A model generated the notes under the pieces. It saw only the letters and a list, made by a program, of their open reading frames with translations, was not told where the DNA came from and ran no database searches. From contig OZ249439.1 in NCBI GenBank assembly GCA_965235115.1, positions 15,004,001 through 15,068,000 of the forward strand: 64,000 nucleotides of DNA, written 5' to 3'. This document shows, in pieces, positions 37,001-52,000 of the stretch. This DNA is from Laetmonice hystrix. Lineage: Eukaryota. The position numbers and the translations under genes were made by a program. How positions within the stretch are numbered: position 1 is the first letter of the stretch; each line of letters starts with the position of its first letter.

Positions 37001-40000
37001 TTTACCTGTACACGTTCACCTCTCCAAGGGGTAAGGGGCTAGGTCACCTATCTCATACTGAGAGTTTCATTCATAATGTCTTCATTATAATCTATAATTC
37101 CATATGGCATAACTTGACGTCATAACATTAAAAACATAACTTCTGCGACCAAGTCTCGCCAGCGCCAATTCCAGTTTAATCTGCCCTCCGACCGCCAGGT
37201 GCGCTGCGCTGCCATGCCGGGCCTGCCAGACGTAATACAATATCAGTTCCAATTCGTTATTAAACCTCGTCACTCCCCTCCCCCCTACAGAAGGTATCAA
37301 TTACCACCTCCAACATCTTCTTTCTTTGCCGCAAAGACGTGCAAAAATACCATGTAATGGAGACCAGGTTATGATTTTTTTTTTAACATATTTTGTTTCG
37401 TAATTTTTTTATGTCTTTCCCCCTTTCCCATGAACATTTCCTTTGGTACGGATACATGAGAAGACAGGAATTTATTGCGGACGCCTTCTATACATATTTG
37501 CCGGGCTCAGCAGACTTGACTTGACATTTCGATGACCAGGTGCCGTGTTGTAGACAATAAAATGAGCCCCTCGCCTCGTCCATTTATCATGTTGGAGAGG
37601 ACGGGAAGCAAACATGAGATGAGGCGAGCCGGTTGATGATCTCAGTCCGCTCCCTGGCCACGTCACAAAGACTATACGTCATAAACTCCTATTATGTAAA
37701 ATGCAATTGTTCAACGAGGATCAGCATAGAGGGGTGATCCCGAGACTAGGTAGGCTTAGTGATGGCGGGGAGGGGGGCGGGGATTAGTGATGGCGGGGAG
37801 GGGGGCGGGGATGCCCCTTTGAAGGATTTCCTAACTTGCCCCTGGTATCAACGGAAGTATTATCTCCGTTGGTGTTCAAGACCCGTGGAATTTGTCGACA
37901 AGCTAATGCATTACACGGGCCAGCTCCCGACACCATTCCTCGCCCATTACGGGACTAAATTTATCCTTTAAAGAGATGCAGAGATAAAGGTCGGTGGTGG
38001 ATGAGAACAAGGCTGAGAGCAAATGTGGTGAAGGGAGGCAAGACGACGGGGTACTCGATGTGGTGAGTGATGGGAGTATCAAACTCAGAAGAATCGATCA
38101 GACTGACGTGGCTAACTGAGTACGGCCTCCTAATAGTGCATTTTTATTCCAGTTTAACATCAGAAAGCTTGTTAAGATCTTACGTTGGCATCATGAAGTT
38201 AGTCATGTAGAATGTTAAAGACAAAAAGTTATCTGGTAGTTGCATGATGGAGTAAAGGACAAAAAGAGATCCGATCCATTTCAAAATGGATGTTTGAGGA
38301 GGACTCCGCCGAGCGACCGGAGTCTCGAGTCGGGAATCCTTGCTGGCACAACGACACGGCTTGCACCGACTCGTTCCGAATACATCCGATACGACCTTAA
38401 TCACGTGACCGACGCCAGCGTTTCATCAGCTCCAACACAGCGGATTTGTCGGTTCTTTATCTCCATAGCCGCTCGGTCGGCTGTTCCTCTTCACGGCGGC
38501 TTCATCTATTGCCGACTGGACTACTCAGTAAAGGCTGGTTTATTGTCCATACCAGACCTACGTCAGTGAAGATCTTTCTCAACCAACTCGGCTTCTTGCT
38601 CATCGGACATAGCAGGGTCATCATAGCACACAAAATATAATAAAAGAACAATAGAACTCGTAAATGTTTCTTGTCAATCTGAGAACAAACGCAATGGTGA
38701 ACAGCATGCGACAAGTTTATTTACACGCTGTCCTACCCTTGGAAAGGGCAGCTGATTAGCTTGCTGACCTTGGCAGTGGACAGCGAATTGGCCGACAAAG
38801 CCAGGCCATTTCGTGTAGCCGGCAGAAAGATTACATGTGATACCAGGTGGATTTCACTGACGCCTGTGGTTAATTGTTAGGTTCTAGGGAAACACGACAG
38901 AGCGTGTCCTGCAGACATTAGGGATGGTGGGAGACACTTGACACGGCCAACGCTCGATTGGAATTGGTACGGGTTCTCGCCGACTCGCAGTAATAGCCTG
39001 AAAGTCGGACCAATCGCCTGTCTCGGTTTGCCTGATATTCTGTAGAACTATGGCATGCCTCAATATTCAATCTTGTCTTATTTCATCCGAAACCTTCTCA
39101 ATTGATGTCCTGTAGAACACTACCAATCCTCAGTACATGCATTTTGTCTGATGCCCTGTAGAGAGCACTACCAACTACATGTTCTGTGGATTGACACTGC
39201 CAATCCTCAGTTACTCTTGTCTGTCCGACATAGAACATTGTCAATCATGCATTCCTCTATTTACTTGATGTCCTGTAGAACGTTGCATGCCAACCCTCCC
39301 TCCTTGTCTGCTCACAATGTCTTTACCACGTTGCCACTCGGTAATACTCGTATTCATCAACTCCGTTTTTAATACCTTCCGCGTTGAGACCATTAGCCTT
39401 AGGCAAGTATCAGATTACAATGTTCTATGCTCGTGCTCGTCCATAAAGACTCGCGCATTCTGGCGTGAAGTCTCCCTTTTATGTGCGAATACTGTTAAGA
39501 GTCGCGTCCTCTGTGAGCCGGATTAACGTAGTAGTATTAAGGTAAATCTACAGGTAAGGTTGTAGAATTCATCACGACCCGACGGAACAGATACTCGGCA
39601 GTAATTTGAATGGTATGTTTGCTTATGGATTTACGCGATTAGTATCATGTACCCTCTATATTAATCCTACCTCGTGCCAAGGTCTGGCACACTGTATAAT
39701 CTATACAACATAAACGTCACATTTCCCCGCTAGCCTGAACACATCACAGGCGACTGCTGCCGGCACCCTTCTTCCCCTTCATAAACCCCCCTTTATTCTC
39801 CTCCGTCTGTTTTTACAGTATCCTTCTTGTTATTATTTTACTTGAACGTGTTCTAAAGCAGAAGGGCGTGGGAAACATTTCATTTCCATGTACCATTTTT
39901 TATGGACATGTGCTATCCGCCAGGCTGTCATAATGTCAGAACAACGCAGACATTCAATTTTCCTTGCTGCTCTAGACGATGCTCCCCGTTTTTTTTTCAT

Positions 40001-43000
40001 GATAGAATCTCCGTTCATGTGTAGGTGTTCCCCTATTTTCTCCCTAAACACACCGGTAACCTTAGATAAGCCTGCCATCAGGTGTAGGTGGTATAATTTT
40101 GAACATTCGGGAATGGTTGGGTAAATGGTAAGGTTTGGGCCATGGCAGGACGCTGTAAATGGACTGACGCGGTTTACACAGGCATACGGGGGTCGCGTGT
40201 CGAATCGTAACAGTTTATAAAAAACACAATGATACATAGCTGCAAGACAAATTATCACTGACGTCAAAATAATAGCGATATTTAATTGCCCATTTGCCGT
40301 CCAGATAGCTCAATATGGCATTCCTCTTCCGATTTCCTGAAGACATAATTATCTATAGCTTCCGGATATCGTATGTTGTTATAATAATGGATATGGTGCA
40401 CGGATTTGCAAGAGAATGAAAAATATACAGTTGTTTCGACTTGTCTTGCAAATTGCTACGGTGGAGCCTGAAGAGAGTTGCGATACCTACTCCAGTTTCC
40501 GATGGTAGAGACTGAACAGAGTTGCGATACATAGGCCTACTTTAGTTTCCTATGGTAGAGATTGAGCAATGTTGCGATATCTACTTCAGTTTCCTATAGT
40601 AGAGATTGAAAAGAGTTGCGATATCTACTTCAGTTTCCTATGGTAGAGATTGAACAAAGCTGCGATACTTTAGTTTCCTATGGCAGAGATTGAACAGAGC
40701 TGCGATACCTACTTTAGTTTCCTATGGCAGAGATCGAACAGAGCTGCGATACCTACTTTAGTTTCCTATGGCAGAGATCGAACAGAGCTGCGATACCTAC
40801 TTTAGTTTCCTATGGCAGAGACCGAACAGAGCTGTGATACCTACTTTAGTTTCCTATGACAGAGATTGAACAGAGCTGTGATACCTACTTTAGTTTCCTA
40901 TGGTAGAGATTGAACAGAGCTGCGATACCTACTTTAGTTTCCTATGGTAGAGATTGAAGCCAAGGAAGAAGGAGGCGACGAGAATGCCGACACTGCTCGA
41001 GGCGCACACGGTGTAGAAGGCTCCCTGCTCGATATGTTGCTGGCGCGTCAGGATTGTGTACTTGTCGGCGGGTACCTTGCCACCTGCAGCAGCAACCATT
41101 CAAGTCTCCTTGATAATATGTGTGAGCTTGCTTCAAATATGTGCACTTCATTCCGGTATTTGAATCCTACCAAAATAATTCTATAGATTCTAACAAAATA
41201 TCACGACGAGGGAAAATTGTACTGTGGCATCATCATACCATCGGAGCTGCTTATTTTCGTCCATATGACTACTGAGAAATCGTAGTCAAACTGGTGATAC
41301 CAAAATTGGAAATGCAATCAAATAGGGAATGCTTTACAAATGTGGCTGAAATTTGTAAAATACTAATATTGGTTTTCTAGTTTAGTGAAGCCATGTTCAG
41401 AACACAATAGGCCTGGACTTATTGTTGCCCAACGATACAATTTGTCACGAGACGCCCCGTCTAAATTTCCCTGACATTTGAGGTGCCGTTAAAGGGATGA
41501 CGAAGAGGGCGTGGCCCCGGACGGCCGCCCCTGGGCCTGGTAGGGCCTCGTCTGGGCCATGTTTGTACCTCGTTCACCCCTCCCTGCCATTCAAACCGTA
41601 CATAAAGTCTGCTGCCGGTACAGCGGACGGATCCCTCGTCCGACCGTCACAATATCAGGGCATTACGTCTGCTGCTGACCGCCGGATAGACTCAGCCCGG
41701 TCAGCTCAGCTTAGTTTGCGATTAGTAGGAAAGAACCCGCCCCCCCCCCCCGGACCTATGCATGGATCAGCCTGTTACCCACTCCGACAGGACAACTAAT
41801 TCGGTTTTGACACACATATCATTAACCAATCACAATACGTGTATGTATGACGGTCTGGAATATGACTCAATACAATATCGTCTCACTGACCTTTCCAGTG
41901 TATGGCCCCGCAGCCTGGACAGTTAAAATCTAACGTATTGTTTTCCGGGTAGAATAAGGCAATCCTTTGTATCTCACCCCCTGAAAAGAAAATTAAGTGC
42001 CTTTGATGATTAGGTAGCGGTGAAAATTTGGCCACTGGCGTCTGAAACGGCAAGGTTTCCCCTTATACTCTTGAAGCGGCATTTCGCATGCAGACATGCA
42101 TTCGGTAATTTGACTATAATATCAAGCGCGTTCAGTATTTTTCGTTTGGGATTATAAGCCTGATTAAGTCTTCCTTGTGAAGACTTAATATAAGAATATA
42201 GTGGTGTTACTGTATCAGTTTAATATCTCATCTTACATTATAATCAGTGGCGTTTCAAACTCTCGGACAGAGACGTAGCGGTTCATTATTCACGTGGTTA
42301 GCTAGACATGCAAGGGGAAGAGGCGCACGGGAAAAAAGCGTATATCTCTGGGTAATTCGATTAGGCTGTATTTCTATCCAATAATATTCTTATTATTGAT
42401 CATCATTACATTTTAAACTTAATGCCGTGCTATAATGTGGAGTTTCACGCCAACACAAACAATGCATGAACCACGTATATCAAGGAATGACGATGGCGCC
42501 ATAGAGAGAATTAATTAAAACCTCCTTACTCCAGGGCGACCAGCCCTGACTCACTGACGCCATACCTTGGTTCTGCTCAAGGACACTGATGCCGCGTCGA
42601 TCTGGCCCATCAAAGGACACTGGTCCCTGTGTAGGAAGAACAGGAGAAACTTCAATCAATGTTAAAACTGACAGGAAGTAAACACGACAGAGAGGTGGTC
42701 AGGAGCCGAACGAAGCCACTTGTGACGGCTTGACGGAAGGCGGACGTGAATAAATCCGCTCACAGCAAGTGGCTACCACCACTTGAACCCGGATTAAAGG
42801 ACGGTGTTTACGGAGCTTAATGGCGGCTAATTGAAGGGCAGTGCGCATGCGCACGGCGACCTGAACCCATCTCCCCCTGGCGGTGGTGGGTCGGCGGACA
42901 GTGGCTGGCCGAGTTTAGGCCACACCGTAATGAGTGGAGGCACCTCGGGGACTTTACACCTGAAAGAATTAGTGACAAGAGGCAGGCGCCCGGGGGAGAG

Positions 43001-46000
43001 TAGTTGGTTGGTGTTGGGGGAGCGGTCACTCAGTTTGGCGTGGTCAGTCACCTCCTCCGGGTGGTAAACCCCAGCCCTGCCGACCTGCGTGTACTGTACG
43101 GGTACGTTATTAAGGGACGGTGGGAACGGGGGTGGGAGTGTCCGTGTACACCTTTTACACTGTCAGTGCTGCCAAACACTGGCGTTCAGTTATTATCTCT
43201 ATTTTCTGGTCAATCCAAATAAATCCTGTGTTATATTGATAACCTTATCTAGGTCTATTGTATGACCGTTTTCTACTGTTAACCTATGTTCACCTCGAGT
43301 TAGCGGCAATGTGAGGCAATATTGAGTGAGCCTTACCGAGACCCCCATGAATTCGAGACTGCCCATGATACGGAAGAACTGGTGGGCCATCTGTGTCCCC
43401 GTGTTGTAGGAGAACATGTCGAGCGACCGCCGGTTTACTTTATCCACCTGCCATTCCTCCACCGTCTTCCTCAACGTCAAGGCGACGGTCCACACGGTAT
43501 CATAGGTCACTTGGGCGTACGAACTGCGAGGTTCGGGAAGATGACGTCGGGTGTATTCGTTTAGAAATTCCTCAGTTGTCTGTAAGAAATAATCAGTTGT
43601 TCTCCGACATGAACACGTATAAAATGGACGACGGTTTCACTGTCTATTTAACCAAAGGTGATTGTAATTGTACTGTTTATAAATGTGACTGATTGAACCG
43701 TGTTCTGATGTCTGGTCTTGTCTTCCACAGCCACTGAGGTATAAAACATTGGATAATGACCTTACACATAGAATTTTACTTTATAATCTGTTTTGTTAAT
43801 AAACGCGTTGTTTTGAATATAATTTGTGCATATTGTTATTGGCAATGCCTCGTTGAGACGGGTAGATGTACCTGGACTAATGAACACATTGTAATTCGCC
43901 AGTGGAAAGCTAAGGGCAGACATTACCGAGCTCGGCGTCGAGAACATCGACACACTCAATAAAACAACACTAGAAACGCACGACGGTAACAGGCAGCACT
44001 CATATTAATGGGACTTCCTTGACTCATCATGTCATAATGTCATGTTGTACTTTTAGATCCGATGATAAATACAAACATGGTTCTGATCTTCTCCTCATCT
44101 CCCCGATTATCCACGTTCAGCACACAGACCTGGTAATTAGTAAAACTGATAAAAACGATGACGTTCGGTACTTGTCTGCCTGACCCGCCCCATCAATTAA
44201 TCCAGCCATTATTCAGGCTAGAAGAAGATTCTCCTATACGATCCCCACATGAATTATACGGGACCCGTATGGGAGAGGGAGAATATTATGTTTGCCATAA
44301 ACGGATGGCAGCGGATAACTGTGACTCGATAACCGATGGCGTACTGGTTCCGTCTTCAGGGAATACTAACCAGGGTGCCGGTGTCTGTATTCTATACATC
44401 TATTATTAACGTTTGATGTTATTATAACAGCCACGACTAAATATCACACACCAAGTATCATACTTCACATGCAGCATCCAAAATATCGCACTTATTTATC
44501 ATAATACCCCGGGTTGTTAGAAATCATGATGTACAGGATCCAAATTACATAGAGTGTCTGTTAGCCACCCTGTAACTTCCACATTTTGCATACTGATACA
44601 TAGGCCTATACTAGTACCTTCGGAGACATGGAAAGGTGGTTTGGATCCCACTGAAGCAATAAGATGTCTCCATGCGATTTAACACCTAACTAATCAACAC
44701 TGGGGCTTGCACCTGTCCAATGTAGCAAGATCAACACCAGGGAATGTAGCATTCCCCCTGCAGGTGCATTAAAAGGATATTATCGAAACTTCACGAACGC
44801 TCAACCATCTATAGAATACCTGCAGCTGCATCTGCAACTGCACAGTATCTCCTGCCATAGAGAGACGGGGAAATGCAGCTCCGGTTTCTCTGATGAGATG
44901 TATTGTACCCTTCAGATATTCTGTCACTTTATCCCGAGTTTCTCATAAAGGGGAAGACAAAAGTTTGATCGTGGAAGACATCTGGTGGTGAAGATCTGTC
45001 GGGGCAATCTTTGGATGTCAATACATAATACTAATTGGCCGAGATGAAATATGAAATTACCATATGACCCTATAGCTATGAGGCCAATTATCATATGACC
45101 CTTGCTATGAGGCCAATTATCATTTAACTATTCTCGCTATGAGGCTAATTTTTGTCAAGCCAGATGTCAGGGGCGCGGACTATAAGCCTGATATCAAAGA
45201 ACTGGGGGTTGTGCGCCCCCTGGTGTATCAGCCCCCGTGTAAGCTATAGACTATCCATGTTTCTTAGATCTACACGATATTCTTACTACGTGCAGCCACT
45301 TAATAATTTACTACAGAAACAGGGCTCCTCAAAGCGGACGAGAGGCGCCAGAAATGTAGCCTGCCGCCACGAAATGTGAAGAGCAGTGAAGGGAATCCAA
45401 TTGTCGGCACCTACCGTTACCATACACCAAGGCGAGGCTCGAGTTGTTCAACAACAAAGAGTTATCACACTTTCGTTGTTTAACGTGATTCGTGGTGCCG
45501 AGATCAAAACACTGAACGAACGCCGCCGGCAACCTGGGCTAAATCCGTTTACACTGCCGCTAACACGGCTTCCGACACATCTACACTGGATGGGACTTAT
45601 GGGCTTACGACTACAATTTTATCGACGCCATGTACTACACGACGTTGTACATCCTTTCTCACTACACATAGTTCGCACACAACTGTGCCCGCATGTTGGT
45701 TCGGGCCTCCTTCTTTCCAAATATCTGCTCGTAATGTTTTATTTAAAACCTAACTATAAAATATCATCCTTTCAAATATCCTTTTCACGGAATGGGACCC
45801 GATACAGCTGATAGATTTATTACAGATTCTAAAAGAAAAAGTCCGAAATGACGACTGGGTATGGATGCAGGGCCGTGCAGGAAACTCCCGCTCGCCACGT
45901 CCTTGCTATCTACTCCCATCAATTTACTCTCTTTTTATAAATAATATTGATCCGTGACACACATGAACTATAAGACCACGTTATGTCAGGGGATATCATT

Positions 46001-49000
46001 ATTCCATTACACCCCGTGTAGATAACGTCCTGTAATAATGTACACAGAAACACGTACATATTAACCATAACATATTAAAGTACGGTTTGATGGATACACA
46101 TACATATTAACCATAACATATTAAAGTACGGTTTGATGGATACACATACATATTAACCATAACATATTAAAGTACGGTTTGATGGATACACATACATATT
46201 AACCATACATATTAAAGTACGGTTTGATGGATCCAAATTCAACACCCACTCATTATTTCCAGCCCTCACTATTGGGAGCGGGCGTTTTCTCTGCTCGACT
46301 CTAATTAAATCGTTGCTAATTAAGATATATATAAGATATTCTCGCAACAGATACTTTTTGTGTTGTGCTAATGCGTTCCTTTTCTTTTTTCTATGAATAT
46401 CCAGTTTTGTTGCTGTTGTTGCGATCGGTGTTATTCGCCATGATTGTAACATCGCATATCATGAATAGAAATAATATTTCTATATCGATAAGAATGTAGT
46501 CACCCTATATCGTAGAGATCTACATGTTTAGTTAGTTTAAACTTAGACAAATTCTGTTACACTACAAGATCTGCGAGTCGACATGCATATAAAAAAAGAA
46601 ATGTTGCCATTCCCAAATTGTCCGGAGTTGACAACAATGTTTGGAGTATGTTGAGCCTATCACTAATTCAGTTTTAATTAAAAGTGATATGATTATTAAA
46701 GGGCCTGCCACATAAAGCCAAAAGCCTGGACGAGCAAATGTAGCATTCTTCGCTTGGACGGTTTTACTGCCCGCGAGCACCGGTTCGACGAAACACCGAA
46801 ACCAAAATTGACAGAAACTTACCAAAACCGACCAAAACTAACCGACTTCTTTGCCATGATGTGTCGGTATGCCACAGTCGGTTTCGGTAAATTCGCTCGG
46901 TTGCGGTGATGAACCGATGAATTTCATTGGCTGTTCAAGTCCATGCCAGATCAACAACCAGCCATGAGACGTTCGCTTCATGGCGACAACAGGCAACAGG
47001 AATGATTTCATGAGGGTTCTCCATTTCTGTGGGTAAACATTTATATAAGTCCCCCACTTACCTGTCCTATTCCCTAGCGCATAAAAGTTCAAATTCCAGA
47101 AATGGAATGGGTCGAAGAGCAATGGATGGAACAGCATAAACGATTACCACAAATACACTTTGTGTAACAGGTCGCAATACTGCGCTAGTGACACATACAC
47201 GATCTAGTTTTGATAGGGCCGTTCTGTTATCGAGTGTTACCCCCGACCAATGTAGTACCTTTTCGGACTTAGACAATTTTCGGCCACATCGGGAATAGGA
47301 CAGGTAAGTTGGGGATTAAAGTATGTATGTAATCCAAGGCCTTAACTAACCTAACAACCAATGTCTGCATCTTGGAGTCATTGAAATGAGAGATACTCGG
47401 TGATTGCTTTAAGTAGAGGGGCTAATCGGGTCCTCTGTCACATGACCAACGTTAAGTTCCCTGGGAGAATGAACAGGAATCACAGATCCACAGATACGGT
47501 TTTCGTGGTCTTACGAAATCGGCCGGTGCAGTCTATCATAACATAACTCGGCTCTGTGGATCGGGTGTTTTATGGGTTCGCCTCAGTCCAACGACGTTTC
47601 ATCGTGTTCACTAACCTGGAGGCTTTAGGGGAAGGGACTGGTTTCTGAATAAATATTGTGGTTCTTACCAGCCCTGAGAGCGAGCGTCGGTTGCCAATGA
47701 TGGCGTTGAGCGTGTCCACTGAGAAGTAACCGTCGACAGCTCGGGCCAGTTGATCAGGAGTGCAGCCAGCCGTGGCACCCGTACCCCACCAGTGTTCTGT
47801 ATACCATCCGACCAGCATCCACACGTAGCGGGCCCCGTACATCCCCAGTCGGTACGCCTACAAATCAACATTAATACGGATATCACACTGAAAAACACAC
47901 CACACCCTCCCACGGCAAATACACACATTATACATTCACTGGCCAATGCTTTAACAAACACATAGGCGCTAATACTGCTTGATGAAGTAAACTATGGCAA
48001 TTCTTGGTTTGCTCCGTCCGTAGGGTATACTGGAGCTGTACACGTAGCCCCAGTTTCTACAGATTCACGTGTGTTCCCGGGCGGGGACGTTTTCTGTTTC
48101 CTAACATTGTGTAACACTATTGGATGGGAGGATGATCTCTGTCTGCAGAGGCCAGCCTGACAGGTTAGTATGTCGATGGAGACGAGGGGTCCATGCTACC
48201 AAAATCCCATTAGAAATGGTTGCCAGATTAATGAGGTTCGGCAGGCGCTACGTGGAAAAATTTCACTTGAAATTATGTAAACATCCTGTGAAGTACTGGC
48301 ACGCTATTACACCTAAAATCACATCAATTAAAGCAAAAATATTGTTTTCACGCTCAAGGGATTTAATTAGAAAGGATGGGGCAACGCAGGAATGGTAGAC
48401 CATTATTGGAGATAAAGATGCTAGTAATGAAATTAAAAATAACTATTACATCCATCTTTATCATTTTAGCTACAGAGAGTGAAAGGTGAATGGGAATGTT
48501 TCTTTGATTGTAGAGATCCCTTGATGACAAGAGTCCAGACGATCATCAGTGTGCAGGGGAAACCAGGTCATGTGTCAGGGTTTTATTAGAGAGGCATGCT
48601 GGACAATAATGTCCAAGACAGCCTTGACGACCAAAGTGAATCTTCCATCATAAATTTCTTATATCAGAAAAGGTTCTCGTCTTACGACGAAAGGCAACGG
48701 TGTCCATATCAACGTGATGCGGCACTTTCTAAATACTGATACATAATCTATGATCGCCTTGCCCGGAGCGAAAGGTTGACAACTCTAATCTTGTAAAGTA
48801 CAGTCTCGGCACCATACATCACGGCAGGCATTGGTTTAGCAACAACCCAAAAGAGAGCAACCGTGCTATTGGGCAGGCCATTTTCCCCCGGCAGAGACGC
48901 GGCAATGTATCTGCCCGACTCAAGGACAATAACATTAGTCAGCCTTCTGACGGCATTATATCGTACACGATCTAATACAATATGTTTTTAAAGGTCATGA

Positions 49001-52000
49001 CCTGTGGATCCCACACCGTCCGACATGTGTTGATAGGATCACGTGACGCCAAGCTCCCGCCAGGGGGCGCAATGGAAAGGCTGATATCATCCGGCAGCCC
49101 ACAGCTATGATGCTAACCAAGAAAGGGGTGAGCTACATAAGTTTCAGGCCAGATTACTTTGCTTAACGTTTTATCCCATTATATATAGGAGTTACGGCTC
49201 TCTCATACTCATCTTCGATAACTCTACTCATCTGTCCTTGGGCGTAAACCGCTGACGCACAGTTCTCAGAGAGTAAGTATGCCGCAATATATTAAAATAT
49301 AACATTGTAACCCATTTCCAAATGTTGTCTACTACATAACTCATTATGTTCTTAGTTTTCTGTATAATTATGTATGTCTAGAGGCGGGGAAAAGACCGTG
49401 TTCAATTGTTTAGTGATCTTTCCGTTTGGGCCAATGCACAAACAGAAAAACTAGGACATGATTCCGTACCCTTTTCTGTTTAAGAAACACGCAGTGAAGA
49501 AAATCTCATATAAAGGTTGTTGGTACTACCTGAAGCCAAAGACCCACCAATGATCATTGGTGGGTATTTGATGAAACCTTGGCGGTAAAATGGTATTACA
49601 CACACGTTGATAGCGGGCGGGGGTGTGAACGGAGCGAGGTACCTCCACGAGAGCTCAGATACGTGCTGCCTTCTGGCCCGGATCGTTACCAGTTAAGACC
49701 ATCTCGAACGTCAACCAACTCGCCATTACCTCGGTATCTCTTTGTCATCTTCTCACGCCTAATCCAATCTGAGGGATTTCTCTCTAGTTTTTCAAAAGTC
49801 GCCATTATGGGATGAAAGGATTGTAGGTGCAAGAGTAGCAGCTATATATAGTCAGTGTAGACAATTTACGGTAAGAAAACAAACCTCGCAGAACACTTGC
49901 CTCGCCGCGTCCTCCTGAAAACTGCCGATGATGATCCGAGCGTCGGTACGCTGAGGGTAAAAAAAAGCGAAGAAAAAATCATACAATGATACACCATACC
50001 TGGATATCAGGGTTCTTCCGGGGGGAAACTGACTACAGAACAGCTCTTTGCCGCATATCTGATCAGCAATTACTACAGAAACTGTCTAAAGTCCATCATT
50101 TCCTTATGAGGTGACTGTACTAGTCAGCTCCTTAATCTGTTACTAAACAACAACGACAAAAATTGTTGTTTAAAAACATTTTCTATTGGCAGTCTATAAA
50201 AACTACTGTACACGGAGATCATGTCGAAAGACAGAAGCCAAAAAAGGTTTGATGTCACTTCCTGTTGTCAATGTCAGATATCAAACGCCGACATTTTTCT
50301 TTTTCACGACTCCGTCGGCAAGGAAGTGGAACATTGTATTCCAAAAGAAATGTTACACCACGCCTTAAGCATCCCTGCCAGCTGATGCCGGGAGCCTTCA
50401 CCAATCTCTTAAAGGTGCACTTTCGCGCTTTTGATTTTGGACGATTAACACAGAGTTAAAGTAGTAATATCAATCAGAGCGACCATGTGTCGGTTTGCTC
50501 ACTATGTACAGTATACAGCTCACGTCTAAACGATCGGTTTCCCTTCAAAACGTACATGTTTCGCCCTACTTTGGCCGTCCCATTTTATAACCTGGGGTTA
50601 TGAGAAATGATACGTTCACAGTAGAGACAACGTCAACGTGTTCCCTTCCAAGATCAACATTGAATTATTTTTGATGTCGCTTGAAATAGTAAAGGGCGCG
50701 TGTCGATCTTCACCAAAGTCGAAGTAAGTGATCTATCATACAGAATAAAGGTAATAATTTCATTTTGATTGCCAATCAAATTTGACGAACGAAAAGCAAA
50801 GCTTACATTCAGTTCCAACATTTTGACGCGAAGGTCGTTTCCCATGCCGCGAAATGTCTGCGTGGCGACAACGGATATGTTGACCTTGTTGAAAGTAGCA
50901 TGCATGTCGTTGACGGCCTGTTGGAAGAGAAACCGGTGAACCGTTAGTCTGGGTGTTCTCACACACCTCAAACTTGTGAATACCATTAGTCTATCACTTC
51001 ACACACCTCATACTGGTGGGAACCATTAGTCTATCACCTCACACACACCTCAAACTGGTGGGAACCATTAGTCTATCACCTCACACACCTCAAACTGGTG
51101 GGAACCATTAGTCTATCACCTCACACACACCTCAAACTGGTGGGAACCATTAGTCTATCACCTCACACACACCTCAAACTTGTGAGTACCATTAGTCTAT
51201 CACCTCACACACCTCAAACTGGTGGGAACCATTAGTCTATCACCTCACACACCTCAAACTGGTGGGAACCATTAGTCTATCACCTCACACACCTCAAACT
51301 GGTGGGAACCATTAATCTATCACCTCACACACCTCAAACTGGTGGGAACCATTAGTCTATCACCTCACACACACAGCTCAAACTGGTGGAAACCATTAGT
51401 CTATCACCTCACACACCTCAAACTGGTGGGAACCATTAGTCTATCACCTCACACACCTCAAACTGGTGGGAACCATTAGTCTATCACCTCACACACCTCA
51501 ATCTGGTGGGAACCATTAGTCTATATAACACGCCTCCGAACAGCCACTGTACAAATACAGCAGTTGTCGAAGTCAAGCAATATCACAAAGCTTCATCCAC
51601 TAAACTGAGTTTCTCTGCCATGTCTGTATGATGATCAGTTTAAAGGGTGGAACCTACTCTGTGATATGTGCGTGTTCCCCATTCCCGATTCTGAAGCGAA
51701 GTTATATCTTTTAAAGTCAAAGTTTATTTATTTCCTTGCTTGCTAGTCTGCTTCATTGCCTGCCATGCTTCCAAGCTTAGAGGTTGTGCACAAAGAATAT
51801 GCACATGGATTCTATATTGACGCGGGGTTTACCTAAACGTAGACAATTATCGCTCTTGTGGAACTAAAAGTGGTCGTGAATTGTCACTGTTTACACTAGA
51901 AATTGTTCCTTGCAATTCGTGGAATATATCCATTAGACATGTCAGTCACAAAATATCTAGCAATAAATGGATCAGGTGCCGACCCCAAGTACCATTACAG

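Noticed and set aside
39833-40267. 144-aa minus-strand ORF
   Set aside because: No recognisable domain or splice context; may be decayed transposon sequence but unsupported.
42817-42830. 13-bp match (cttaatggcggct) to the reverse complement of about 63962-63975
   Set aside because: Too short; matches of this length are expected by chance in 64 kb and the similarity does not extend.
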